Shown here piece by piece: positions 35,927 to 46,101 of a DNA stretch of 62,397 nucleotides. This DNA comes from a virus (lineage: Duplodnaviria; Caudoviricetes), in IMG/VR virus record IMGVR_UViG_3300044640_001993, positions 1-62,397 of that record; one strand, given 5' to 3'. The translations under genes were made by a program, and so were the position numbers. How positions within the stretch are numbered: the first letter of the stretch is position 1; the number at the start of each line of letters is the position of its first letter. Under the pieces are notes generated by a model. It was not told the DNA's origin. It worked only from the letters and a program-made list of their open reading frames with translations, and did not search any database.

Positions 35927-36979
35927 ATGTCTAACATAAATCTACGCTCAATTATTAATTTCGCTGTTCTAAAACTTGGCAATTTAGGTTTTGGAAAGAA
36001 TGCTTTAAAAGCTAATACTACAGGATACGACAATATAGCTATTGGCGAAAACGCGCTTGCGGCAAACACGACAGGAAACAGAAATGTTATTATAGGGAGA
36101 TATGCGTCACAATCTGGTGTCTCGCTAGAGAGCTGCGTTTCTATAGGTTCATACAGTGCAGGATCTTCGCAAAGCGTAGCTATTGGCGCGGGCGCAGTTA
36201 CGCCAGCAACTAAATCGGTTGCTATAGGATATAACTCAGCAGCAGCCGGCAGTTCTGTTTCAATAGGGTGGTCGGCAGCAGCGGCGAATACCGGAGGTCA
36301 ATTCGTCGCTATTGGAGATGGAAGCCTGGGTTTGTGTACTACTGGTAATTCAAATACAGCTATAGGATATAGCTCAGGCTTATACAATGTTGACGGAAGT
36401 AGTTTCACTACCTTTAATGGGTGTACGTTTTTAGGTGCTCACACTAGAGTTTCAGGCAGTAGTCAATTACAGTTAGGAAATTCAAGTTCTTTAGTTTATT
36501 CACAACAAGCGATAAATCTACGATCTGATGTTAGAGATAAAACTGATATTAGGTCTACTGTTTTAGGTTTAGAATTTATTTCTAAACTAAGGCCTGTAGA
36601 TTATCGTTTAGATTTCAGAGAAGACTATATACTTCCCTCCCCAACCTTACCAGAAGAACCATCTTTAGAATTAGAAAGTCTACATGATTTGTGGGTATCT
36701 GAATGTGAAGCAATAAAGTTAGCACGGGAACAGGAGAATATCCAAGCTATAACTAACAAAGACGGGTCTAAAAAACGTAATAGATTTCATCACGGATTAA
36801 TAGCACAAGAAGTTAAAGAAGTTTTAGATGAGTTAGGGATTGATTTTGGAGGTTATCAAGACCATAAAATTAAAGGCGGATGTGATGTATATAGTATTGG
36901 ATACACAGAGTTAATTGCACCATTAATTAAAGCAATACAAGAGCTAAAAGCTAGAGTTGAAGCTTTAGAAGAAGTTTAA
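35927..36979 (+). CDS. Tail fibre/spike with C-terminal intramolecular chaperone (peptidase S74)
   Basis: YadA-head-like repeats (NIAIG, SVAIG); SDVRDKTDI, HGLIAQEV and YTELIAPLIKAIQEL. Confidence 0.9.
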   Translation: MSNINLRSIINFAVLKLGNLGFGKNALKANTTGYDNIAIGENALAANTTGNRNVIIGRYASQSGVSLESCVSIGSYSAGSSQSVAIGAGAVTPATKSVAIGYNSAAAGSSVSIGWSAAAANTGGQFVAIGDGSLGLCTTGNSNTAIGYSSGLYNVDGSSFTTFNGCTFLGAHTRVSGSSQLQLGNSSSLVYSQQAINLRSDVRDKTDIRSTVLGLEFISKLRPVDYRLDFREDYILPSPTLPEEPSLELESLHDLWVSECEAIKLAREQENIQAITNKDGSKKRNRFHHGLIAQEVKEVLDELGIDFGGYQDHKIKGGCDVYSIGYTELIAPLIKAIQELKARVEALEEV

Positions 36980-37123
36980 CGAACTGTTCGTCGCCAGACT
37001 GTTTTTTCTCTTTTCTTTTTTTTACTAAATACTCCAACTTTTCCATATATTCATCCTCACAGTTAAGTTGGGTTTAGTTGAAGTATTACATTTACATCCT
37101 TTAAAACTTATAGACCAACTTTT

Positions 37124-40100
37124 ATGACAGATTTAGCTTATCCGCATATAGCTTTTAATGATTCTATTGTAGGACCAGTGCCAGAGATTAAGCCTTGGAG
37201 GGATGGTATCGGCGTGGCTGGTACTTTTGGTAGAGGTAGCGAAGTTCCTAACGTTATAGGTTCTATCCAAGAGTTTGCCAGCATCTACGGTATTGACTCA
37301 ACTCCCGGCTCACTGTTTGTCCAACAAGCAATGGCTAATGGTATCACAAACTTTACTATCTGCCGAGCTTCGGCTGCTTCTAACCCAGCTACCACTAAGC
37401 TAACTTTCTCTTCTGGAAATGCTGCAGTTTATCCTCAATTAGGATACACAGTCTCAGGAAACAGTTTGATTCCTAATGCTGAAAGAACTACAGGCTTTAA
37501 ATTAGGCTTTAACTTTATTGGTGATGCCCTGCCTGTTAACTCTCTTTATTCTGAAGTTACTACCAAGAAAGCTTTACTAAACCACCCTACTTTTAATGGT
37601 CAAGGTCGCTTTAACTTTTTTGTAACTAAAGCTGTTGAAGGTAATAGTACCGCTGGAGTTTTACATAATACTTCCCTTTCTTTAGAAGTAGATTTTTTAC
37701 TCTCTTCTATTACTGGTTATCAAGTAGCTCTTGTTAAAAAGAACGCTGCAAACTTATCTAACATTAGAGAGTTTTTACAGCCGGGATATAGTCTTACTAC
37801 AGGTGGGACTATAGCTACTGGTACGGCAACTGGTACAGCAGCTACTGGGACTAGTGCTACTCTAACTAATTCAGCTGCTACGTGGGCAGTTAACTCTCTT
37901 AAAGATTTAACTATTAACCTAACAGTTGGAACTAATGCTGTTCAAACAAGAACTATTATCTCCAACACCTCAACAGAATTGGTTGTTAGTGCAAATTGGA
38001 CTAATAATCCTGCGGCTGGTTCAGCTTTTACTATCACAAGAACAACCGAAGCTGGAACTGACAAACTATTACTTGCTAGTGAGTTAATAGATATATCTAA
38101 TACGCACTACGGTTTACTAGTTAAAGCTGACCAACGGCACACAAACACTATTAAAGGTTCTGTAAGACAATCTACTGTCCTACAGGCTGCTGGCTTGGCT
38201 AAACTCCACGTTGATAAGTTGGTAGGTGGTAACGCACCCCTTTCTCCTTACGTTAATCCAGGCTTTTTAAGAACTCTGAACCTTCTTATTAATGGGAAGG
38301 TTTACACTCAATCTGCTAATCCATTATTAGTCAATGATGTCCAAGAAACCATAACCTTAGTTAATGTAGATGGTAGCAGCGACGACATTGCTATAGGCGA
38401 TGAGTCTTACTCAACATCTGGCGCATTTGTCACTACAGAAGGTGGTGGCTATGCCTTTAACGAGCTTGGTGGAAGAATTTCTATTGAAACTATCTCTAAT
38501 CCTATTAGTGGAGATTCAACAACTGGCTACAAGTTCTCACTTAATGAAGAACTACCTGCTTTAAACTCTGACACTGTAGTAGAGTTCTTACCTTCTGTCT
38601 TATCCACAGGTGCTAACCAGATTACTCTTCAAGGTTTACTAAGACCAGAAGACATAGTAGCTAGTAGCGCAGGCTATAGTGTTTCTATTGAAGGAAAATC
38701 ATATACAGTAACATCCGCAACTGCGATTACTGAGACAGCCACCCCTAATACTATTGGTAGAGTAACTTTAACTGTTGCAGAAACAGTACCAACATCACTA
38801 GTTGGTAAAACAGCTATTCTTCTTAAAAAGACATCTGATTACTACCAAGTAAAGTTTCCTTCTAAAGCTCAGTATGTAATTGGCTATAACTTTGATAGTC
38901 AAAGCAACTCTTCTTTTGGTAGCGACTATTACTCTTTAAATGAGCCCTACACTGACGGATACGGCGAGTACAGCCTTGATAGTTACTTCTTGCTGAATGA
39001 AAGCTCAGGTGGTGTTTATAGACCTTTCTATTACCAAGAGGTTTCTAACGGTCTTGTTGACTCTACTACCCCTAGCTTCCTGACAGAGCAAAGCTTTGGT
39101 CTGGAAATTCTCTGGGGTAAGCTGAACACTAATACTTTACCTTTGGAAACTGGCGGGCAGTTTAACGTACCTTTTGCTAAGACTTCAGTTTTAGTAGGTG
39201 CTGAAACTGCCGCAGGTGAAGATGCTTACGCAGATGGCACTACTCTGGTAGAAGTTATTCAAGATTTAGAAACAGCTATTAGAACCGACTCTACTGCTTC
39301 TTCTTTAATTGAAACTATTACTTTAGACGATGTATCCTTCAGTCCAAGCATTACTTTAACCTCTAGCCACAGCGGTGAGAAGTCCAACAGAATTGCCTGG
39401 AACCTCACTAGATACACAACTGGCATGGTCAGCGACGTTTACCTCAAAGGCTCTTCTGACTCTTTTGAGACTGACACATATCTAACTGACGGCTACGATG
39501 GTGCTAGTTTTGCTTTCAGGGACTTGTATGCTCCAGATGGTACTTTACTTTGGAAGATTATCGCTCTAACTCCTGGAGTTCACGGTAATAACTTAAGATG
39601 CACTATTAGCAATCAGAGAGTTAACCAAAAATATGGAGCTTTCCAGCTTGATGTTTTAGACCTAAACACTAGAGTCAACACAGGAGAAACCAAGAAGAGC
39701 TTTGTTGTAGATACAAGTAACATTGACTCTACTACAGGTCGTTCTCTGACTTTTCTATCTGGTAGTAATGTTCAAGCTTACTTCATGCCAGCTGTTAAAG
39801 CTGCTGCTGCTGGTAAGACTTTAGATATTGGCGATAGAGTTTATCGTTTGACACCTCAGCGTTTAGCCCCTCCTTTACAAGCAATATCCTCAACTTTTAA
39901 CACTGGTTTGACAGCTTTCTCTCAACAAGGTATTACAGCTCTTCAGAACTTTAACCTTGCTGGAGGTAGTGATAACAGCTCTTCATTAACCAATGCCACT
40001 GCTGGAAAGGTTAATGGTTTAATCAAAGCTATTGAAAGACTTGAGTCCTACAACATTGCTGTACTAGCTTTACCCGGCATATCTTACGGAGACCCTACTT

Positions 40101-40867
40101 ATCAGACTGTATTTGACGCTGCTAAGGCTAGTGTCGAACGTTCTACTGCTGAGAGTGGTTTACGCTCTGCAATCTTTGAACTTCCTGCTGATATTTCACC
40201 AGAGAAGGCTCAACTGCTTGCTGATGAGTTGGATAGTGAAAGAGTAGTCTTAGTTGCTGGTAGACAGTTAATGCGCTCCAGAAACAATCAGCTAGTTCCT
40301 AATGTGGGTTCTAGTGGTAGTTACGCTGGTTATGACCTTTCCCGCGCTCCTCACATCTCACCCGCGGCTTCTTTTGGTGACAGTTTAGTACAAGCTGTTT
40401 CTAGTGTTGATACTTTGGTTAAGTCCAGCTATCTAGATAAGATGGCGCGGGCTGGAGTAGAAGTATTAGTTTACGACGCGAACATAGGTGGCTTTAGATT
40501 CTCTAATGGTCTGACCACAAGCCGTAATGGTATTAAACGCTACCGCTCTGTTACTAGAATCCTTGACCAAGTTAAGTCTGACTTGTACCTCTACTTGCAG
40601 TGGGTTCGTTCTAGACCTAATACTGCTGCTTTACAAAGTGAAGCCGCAACTGCCTGTGATGCTTACTTGTACTCAAGGTTAAGAAGCGGCTGGTTTACTC
40701 GCTTAGATAACACTATCTGTAACGCTAGTAACAACTCTCAAAAAGACCAAGCTGAAGGAAGATTAAACATCCGTATCCGTTTAACTCCATCCTTCCCCGC
40801 AGACAAGATTTTAGTTGATACCATCCTGGACTTGACTGAAGACTTTAGTTTGCAAACCGCTGTATAG
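37124..40867 (+). CDS. Contractile tail sheath protein (unusually large)
   Basis: GVAGTFGRG...EFASIYG N-terminus; LTPGVHGNNL; LAGGSD; C-terminal RYRSVTRI...ICNASNNS...GRLNIRIRLTP. Confidence 0.9.
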   Translation: MTDLAYPHIAFNDSIVGPVPEIKPWRDGIGVAGTFGRGSEVPNVIGSIQEFASIYGIDSTPGSLFVQQAMANGITNFTICRASAASNPATTKLTFSSGNAAVYPQLGYTVSGNSLIPNAERTTGFKLGFNFIGDALPVNSLYSEVTTKKALLNHPTFNGQGRFNFFVTKAVEGNSTAGVLHNTSLSLEVDFLLSSITGYQVALVKKNAANLSNIREFLQPGYSLTTGGTIATGTATGTAATGTSATLTNSAATWAVNSLKDLTINLTVGTNAVQTRTIISNTSTELVVSANWTNNPAAGSAFTITRTTEAGTDKLLLASELIDISNTHYGLLVKADQRHTNTIKGSVRQSTVLQAAGLAKLHVDKLVGGNAPLSPYVNPGFLRTLNLLINGKVYTQSANPLLVNDVQETITLVNVDGSSDDIAIGDESYSTSGAFVTTEGGGYAFNELGGRISIETISNPISGDSTTGYKFSLNEELPALNSDTVVEFLPSVLSTGANQITLQGLLRPEDIVASSAGYSVSIEGKSYTVTSATAITETATPNTIGRVTLTVAETVPTSLVGKTAILLKKTSDYYQVKFPSKAQYVIGYNFDSQSNSSFGSDYYSLNEPYTDGYGEYSLDSYFLLNESSGGVYRPFYYQEVSNGLVDSTTPSFLTEQSFGLEILWGKLNTNTLPLETGGQFNVPFAKTSVLVGAETAAGEDAYADGTTLVEVIQDLETAIRTDSTASSLIETITLDDVSFSPSITLTSSHSGEKSNRIAWNLTRYTTGMVSDVYLKGSSDSFETDTYLTDGYDGASFAFRDLYAPDGTLLWKIIALTPGVHGNNLRCTISNQRVNQKYGAFQLDVLDLNTRVNTGETKKSFVVDTSNIDSTTGRSLTFLSGSNVQAYFMPAVKAAAAGKTLDIGDRVYRLTPQRLAPPLQAISSTFNTGLTAFSQQGITALQNFNLAGGSDNSSSLTNATAGKVNGLIKAIERLESYNIAVLALPGISYGDPTYQTVFDAAKASVERSTAESGLRSAIFELPADISPEKAQLLADELDSERVVLVAGRQLMRSRNNQLVPNVGSSGSYAGYDLSRAPHISPAASFGDSLVQAVSSVDTLVKSSYLDKMARAGVEVLVYDANIGGFRFSNGLTTSRNGIKRYRSVTRILDQVKSDLYLYLQWVRSRPNTAALQSEAATACDAYLYSRLRSGWFTRLDNTICNASNNSQKDQAEGRLNIRIRLTPSFPADKILVDTILDLTEDFSLQTAV

Positions 40868-40878
40868 GAGAAATAATT

Positions 40879-41553
40879 ATGAGTGTAGCTCAAAATAGAA
40901 TTGTCGCAAACAACGCAGGTGTAGACCCTTTACAGGGGTTTCATACTACTGTTTATGTGAACGACCAAGCAACAGGTCAGCCAGTCCTTGCTGGTGGCTT
41001 TACAAGCTTCCAAAAGACTATGAGGAACGCTACCGAGCCTTATATGCCTTTTGGGCGTAAGACTCCCCGCCTATTAGATGGTGAGTTCCAATACGGTTGG
41101 GTTTTGGAGCGGGGGATGCTGGATATCAGAGTTATGCAAGAGGTGTTTGGGTTTGACAATATGGGGGCTGAATTTAAAGCTGACCCTACCCCTCGCTTTA
41201 TCATTACTGTTGAGTTCAACGCTCCAGAACTTCATACAGCTCCCGCTTATTATGGGGGAGTTGAACAAAAGTCTAAAGGGACTCTTATAGCTCCTGATGG
41301 ACAACGCAGTGCTTTAGGTAAGTACCAACTCTTATTTGCAAAAGTTGACTCTGTGACTACAGGTGCTATGTCTGGTCGTAACGTGGTAGCAACTAGAATT
41401 GAAGGTCTTTGTGAAGCTATTAAGTTTGTACCTAGCACTGAAATTCAGTCATCAGGTCGCACTGGTAGAGCTGTACGGCCTCTGTATGAGGGCAAGCCTA
41501 ATCTTACTAATGTTAAGATTGGAGGAGCCGACAGAAACTATCTATTTGGTTAA
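40879..41553 (+). CDS. Tail tube protein
   Basis: Follows the sheath; DPLQGF...GGFTSF...LERGM pattern (gp19-like). Confidence 0.8.
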   Translation: MSVAQNRIVANNAGVDPLQGFHTTVYVNDQATGQPVLAGGFTSFQKTMRNATEPYMPFGRKTPRLLDGEFQYGWVLERGMLDIRVMQEVFGFDNMGAEFKADPTPRFIITVEFNAPELHTAPAYYGGVEQKSKGTLIAPDGQRSALGKYQLLFAKVDSVTTGAMSGRNVVATRIEGLCEAIKFVPSTEIQSSGRTGRAVRPLYEGKPNLTNVKIGGADRNYLFG

Positions 41554-41581
41554 TTTATTTAGACAGTAAGCTAGATACAAT

Positions 41582-41618
41582 AAAGAGAGTAGCTTTTGCG
41601 CTACTCTCTTTATTTTTT
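41582..41618 (+). terminator. Intrinsic terminator
   Basis: AAAGAGAGTAGC-TTTTGC-GCTACTCTCTTT followed by a T-run. Confidence 0.75.
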
Positions 41619-41630
41619 TATAGGTGTTTA

Positions 41631-43697
41631 ATGGTAGTTTTACAAGCTAATTTTCCTGGTCAAAATGGTCAAGAGTGGATTCTAGGCGATCGCTGTCATC
41701 AACAGTCTGATGGTCAAGTTCCTGTATGTGTAGTAACTGACTTAAAAGGAAAAGCCCTTTTATCTTCTCAAGCTACAGAGGGGTCAAGGTGGATGATTAC
41801 TAGAGCCAGAGTTAGTATCACAAGGTTCTGGTCAGCGTCTACCGCATTTATAAAATGTGCCTGCGAACTAACTGACCCAACAGAACCTTTACCTCCTCTG
41901 ACTTTTATAGAACCATATAGACCTTCCCTTACTGACACTAACTTCCCAAATGACGATGATGACCCAGCAGATTTAGCTGGTAAAAGCGGACGAAACGAGA
42001 AATACCCATTAGGGCAGATGGACGAGATTTGTGTTTATATGGGTTATAAAGACCAATTGGACGAGGTTATTAGCGCTGAAGACTTAGGTTCTAGGCTTTT
42101 AAGGGTATTTGTTGGCAGTATAGATTTTGTGATAGAAGCTTTTTCCACTAATGATGGAGCTAGTTATTCTATCAATTGTAGGGATAGAATGAAGTATTTG
42201 ATGGACTCTGTTGCTTCATTTAACGGGGCGGAGAGCGAGAGGATATTTAGTGATGTGTCCACAAACTTAGACAATAAGCTAAGTAGAAAAGACGTAATAC
42301 TAGCGATCGCCCGTCGGGCAGTAGGCGACTTAAGAGGCTCTGCGGAGTGTGGGATAGTTAACTGCGGTGCTTATATCAGAGATTCTCTACAATCTCAAGC
42401 TACAGGCAACACGGCGGGTTACGATGCTTTCAGAAACTATAAACCACCAAGCCAACAAAAAATAACTCAAAAAGTAATAAAGACAAAAGACGGACTTGAA
42501 GAGGAAGTAACAGAGGAAGTATACTTCCTAGGTGGACAAACAACAAATGATTTAGCGCAGGTTTCTGTCTTTCCAAAGTTTCATATTATTACGGGAAGAA
42601 TGCCTTACTCTAATGGCTCTGATTTACAAGATAACTTTGTGGTTACAGAGCGCGTTCCTCTTGAGTATATAAAACAGATGTCAACCTTAGAGCCAGTTAT
42701 GAGCGAGGTCTTTGTAGACCATAGAACTGGAGATTTTTGGTATTGTCCTAGAGGTACTGATTCTACTGGACTAAGTGACTCTAAGAGGATGTACAGAACT
42801 TACTTTAATAGAATATGTCCAGACGGAGTGTCTCGCTTATATTCTTCTATAGCCAGTAGTACAAGTAATGATAATAGTGATAACAAAGAAATTGGAGTTA
42901 CTGCTGACAACAACACGCCTAATGAAGCCCATCCTTGTCAAATGCTGATTCTTTATAGGGAAGAGCAGTCTACTCTCAATTGGCGGTCTAACATTATTGT
43001 TTCTAAGTCCAATGGAGACCCTTCTGGAGAGGCAATGACTTTGCATCTGAGAGTCCGCCCTCCTAAGCTTGAAGGTAGAGCTTTTCCTTGTACTTACTAT
43101 AATCTTGCTGATCCGTCTATATCTTCTTCTGCTGAAATGGTAGCAGTAGCTTTAGCTCATGCTAGAAATGTTGGTAAGGAAGTTAGGTCAGCTACAGCTC
43201 ATTTAATAGGAGATCCGAGTTTAACTCCAGGAGAAGCTATCCAAATATTAGGAAGCGTACCTAAGAATACTGTGCGTCCGACAACTCATGAAGAGATGTT
43301 AGCTAATGCTATTACAGATAGAGACAACTTTACAACTTACTACACAGATTATGAAAAGCTTGCGATTGAGCTTAATCAGCAGATAGAGTCTTCTACCACC
43401 ACAAATGCCAAGCCTGTTGAGGTGGGTAAAGGTCACGTTCAATTAGAGAATGGTAAGACGACTATGACACCTTCTAATTCTGGGGGTAGCAATACACAGA
43501 GTATGTGCAATATTAATCCTGCGGCTGCTGCGGCTACTACAGCTACTACACCACAAGAAGCTGAAGAGCCTAACAATCAAAAGATAACTTTTAGAGAAGA
43601 CCCTTCAACTATCTGGAGATTAGATGGGTTAATTCATAGATTTAATGACGGTAAGCTTGGATTTTATACAGAAGTAGCTCTTATAACCCCTTTTTAA
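41631..43697 (+). CDS. Baseplate hub protein (gp27/gpD-like)
   Basis: VYMGY...VFVGSID...INCRDRMKYL; IGDPSLTPGEAI; WRLDGLIHRF...GFYTEV. Confidence 0.75.
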   Translation: MVVLQANFPGQNGQEWILGDRCHQQSDGQVPVCVVTDLKGKALLSSQATEGSRWMITRARVSITRFWSASTAFIKCACELTDPTEPLPPLTFIEPYRPSLTDTNFPNDDDDPADLAGKSGRNEKYPLGQMDEICVYMGYKDQLDEVISAEDLGSRLLRVFVGSIDFVIEAFSTNDGASYSINCRDRMKYLMDSVASFNGAESERIFSDVSTNLDNKLSRKDVILAIARRAVGDLRGSAECGIVNCGAYIRDSLQSQATGNTAGYDAFRNYKPPSQQKITQKVIKTKDGLEEEVTEEVYFLGGQTTNDLAQVSVFPKFHIITGRMPYSNGSDLQDNFVVTERVPLEYIKQMSTLEPVMSEVFVDHRTGDFWYCPRGTDSTGLSDSKRMYRTYFNRICPDGVSRLYSSIASSTSNDNSDNKEIGVTADNNTPNEAHPCQMLILYREEQSTLNWRSNIIVSKSNGDPSGEAMTLHLRVRPPKLEGRAFPCTYYNLADPSISSSAEMVAVALAHARNVGKEVRSATAHLIGDPSLTPGEAIQILGSVPKNTVRPTTHEEMLANAITDRDNFTTYYTDYEKLAIELNQQIESSTTTNAKPVEVGKGHVQLENGKTTMTPSNSGGSNTQSMCNINPAAAAATTATTPQEAEEPNNQKITFREDPSTIWRLDGLIHRFNDGKLGFYTEVALITPF

Positions 43698-43700
43698 TAT

Positions 43701-45485
43701 ATGAGTATATCAGACCACCATCGCCCCAGTCCCGGACAGATAAACGCTTACTACAATCCTTCTCATAACCTTCTTCATGAAGGTGTAGTGCAATCTGTTA
43801 CGGTTCTAGACAGACTGGAAGGAACAGTAGTAGTGTTCCTACCTTTAACAAGAACCTACGTTAGAGCTACAGTCCAAGCAGGATTTAAAAGCGTTAATAA
43901 CATAGGAACTTCCAATCCTCTAGTTCCTGGGGACAAAGTGTTAGTTATGCACTTAAGTGGAAATGGAAGCCAAGCTACTATAATAGGTTATTCTTCTTGG
44001 AGGTCTAAACTACCAAATTACCTTAATAGGCAAGATAGACCTATTCCTTTGCCTAATACACTACTTGCAGGAGGTCTAGCAGGAGCAACTATACCTGAAT
44101 GGTTACAGTCTGGCGGCGCAGCTCAATGTCAAGTCTATCCTTTAATTACCCCCTCTACGGGAGGACTCACAAGCACTAAACCCGGAGCCTATGACTTATT
44201 TACCATTACTGGAGACAGAAAAGAGTTTACTCTTGGGGTTAAAAGTACGTTTAACACACAGGAAGTAAAGACAGTTTTATCTGACACTCGTAATGTTAGT
44301 GAAAGTTTAGTATCTAAGAACTTGATTGCTACGCAAGCGTTAAATGAGATGGAGCGTTGGTGTACTTTACCAAGAGTTAGCTTTAATGCCGACAAGTTTG
44401 ATTGGGTTGGTGAAGCTCCGGCTGTTGCCGCACGAGAGGACAGACAAAAGCTAAATATAGAGTATTTAGGATTTCTTCACGAGTACCGTGACGAACAGTT
44501 CGATGCAATGGAAGAGCAGTTAGCTGAGTATGACAAGGTTCTTGACTGTCTAGAAGATGCTGCAAAAGAGGTGCAGAAAAAGTCTAGAAGTCTTTTAGAC
44601 AAGATACTCCCTGAGTTAATAGAGGCTGGGACTTCTCTGGCTTTAGATGCTCTTAATGACAAGCTACCCTCTGACTGGCAAGTAGGTCTAGACGTTTCTG
44701 TTAATGATAATAATCAAACAGTAGTAAAAAGTGTGAAAGTAGGAGATCTAACTTATAACTCTGAAAGTTCAACAGTAACAGTAAATGGTAGATTATTTAA
44801 TTTAGCTATTGATACAGCATTATCAAAAGTTAATAAGGTTCTGCCAAAATTCCTTCAAGTTACCTCTTCTGAGTTAGGTATTGTAGTCGGAGAGTTAGTT
44901 ATTCCTACAGCTAATTTAGACCTTGAAGAAGATCAAGAGTTTCCTGTAAAGGAGGACGTAGTTTTCCTAAACAAGAAAGGTACAGCCTACTTAACTGTGG
45001 CTGGAAACAAATTTAGTTTAGGGGGTGTTCAAGACTTGTTAGAGGCTAAGTTAGGTGCTGAGTCTACCTCTCAACTAAATGAAATTCTTCCAGACGAGCT
45101 ACAGGTTTCTTACTCTAAGGATTTAGACGGACATAGAAATGTAGAGATAGGCCCAGTCTCTATTCTTACTGAAGGACCAAAAGTAGGTTTGACAATTGAT
45201 AGAGTAAAAGCAAATAGTATTCTAGAAAAGGCTCCAGACAAGTTATTTAATCAAATGGGTGCTCCTGGAGGTTCTTTGGCAAGAATGCTATGGAAGCCAG
45301 CAGCGAGTAAGATTATCACAGCTTTACTTGGTAAGAGTAAAGAGCAGAAGAAAGCAGACCAAGACGCTCTGATAGCAAAGCTAAAAGCTAGTATTTCTAA
45401 GAAAGAAGACCCTTGTGGAATAGGGTCAGAGTCTTCTATTCCTACAACAACTATTCAAGTTCCAACACACAACACACAAACATGA
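43701..45485 (+). CDS. Baseplate spike-related protein with gpV/gp5-like OB-fold N-terminus
   Basis: PLVPGDKVLVMHLSGNGSQATIIG motif; follows the hub. Confidence 0.6.
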   Translation: MSISDHHRPSPGQINAYYNPSHNLLHEGVVQSVTVLDRLEGTVVVFLPLTRTYVRATVQAGFKSVNNIGTSNPLVPGDKVLVMHLSGNGSQATIIGYSSWRSKLPNYLNRQDRPIPLPNTLLAGGLAGATIPEWLQSGGAAQCQVYPLITPSTGGLTSTKPGAYDLFTITGDRKEFTLGVKSTFNTQEVKTVLSDTRNVSESLVSKNLIATQALNEMERWCTLPRVSFNADKFDWVGEAPAVAAREDRQKLNIEYLGFLHEYRDEQFDAMEEQLAEYDKVLDCLEDAAKEVQKKSRSLLDKILPELIEAGTSLALDALNDKLPSDWQVGLDVSVNDNNQTVVKSVKVGDLTYNSESSTVTVNGRLFNLAIDTALSKVNKVLPKFLQVTSSELGIVVGELVIPTANLDLEEDQEFPVKEDVVFLNKKGTAYLTVAGNKFSLGGVQDLLEAKLGAESTSQLNEILPDELQVSYSKDLDGHRNVEIGPVSILTEGPKVGLTIDRVKANSILEKAPDKLFNQMGAPGGSLARMLWKPAASKIITALLGKSKEQKKADQDALIAKLKASISKKEDPCGIGSESSIPTTTIQVPTHNTQT

Positions 45486-46099
45486 GAAAAGCCTACACAA
45501 GCCGAATTACAAAACCTCCAAGATTAGTTACAGTTGAGAATCTCTCTAGCTTTCTCACCTTTTATGGTATAGATAACTCCTTAGATTTAGTAGATAGTTT
45601 AAAGACACTGTTAGACAGCAGCAGTCTATATAGTTTAATAGAAGTAATTCTTCAAGTTACCATTCAGTCAGAAGTGACTATAGCTCTTTTAGCTATTGAA
45701 AAAGTAGTTAGAAATTCTACTTTTAGTAGACAAGGCTTTCTACAAACAACTTATACTGTCTTAGAGACTTCTTTATTAGATATTTTAGAAATAGTTAAAG
45801 ACCAAGCAACATTAACCGACTTTTTGACTAATTATCTAGGTCTAGAAAGTTTTAGCATTGCAGAGTTTTATTCTAACCCTTACTCTCTAATTGACTGGGT
45901 TGGGGAGCAAGATGTTTTGTATACTTCTACTCTTAACTACCTGAAGCAGTTAGACTTGTTTAACTTTTTTATAGAACTTATTAAGATAAAGTCTTTTATC
46001 AATCTTTCAGAACACTTACGCTCGGTTAATCTGTTGGAGGTTAATCTTAAAAGTGAGTTGTACAAAAACGTATTAGGGGCTTTTCCTCTACAGTATTAA
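45482..46099 (+). CDS. Hypothetical protein
   Basis: ATGA overlap with the previous stop. Confidence 0.7.
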   Translation: MRKAYTSRITKPPRLVTVENLSSFLTFYGIDNSLDLVDSLKTLLDSSSLYSLIEVILQVTIQSEVTIALLAIEKVVRNSTFSRQGFLQTTYTVLETSLLDILEIVKDQATLTDFLTNYLGLESFSIAEFYSNPYSLIDWVGEQDVLYTSTLNYLKQLDLFNFFIELIKIKSFINLSEHLRSVNLLEVNLKSELYKNVLGAFPLQY

Positions 46100-46101
46100 C
46101 T

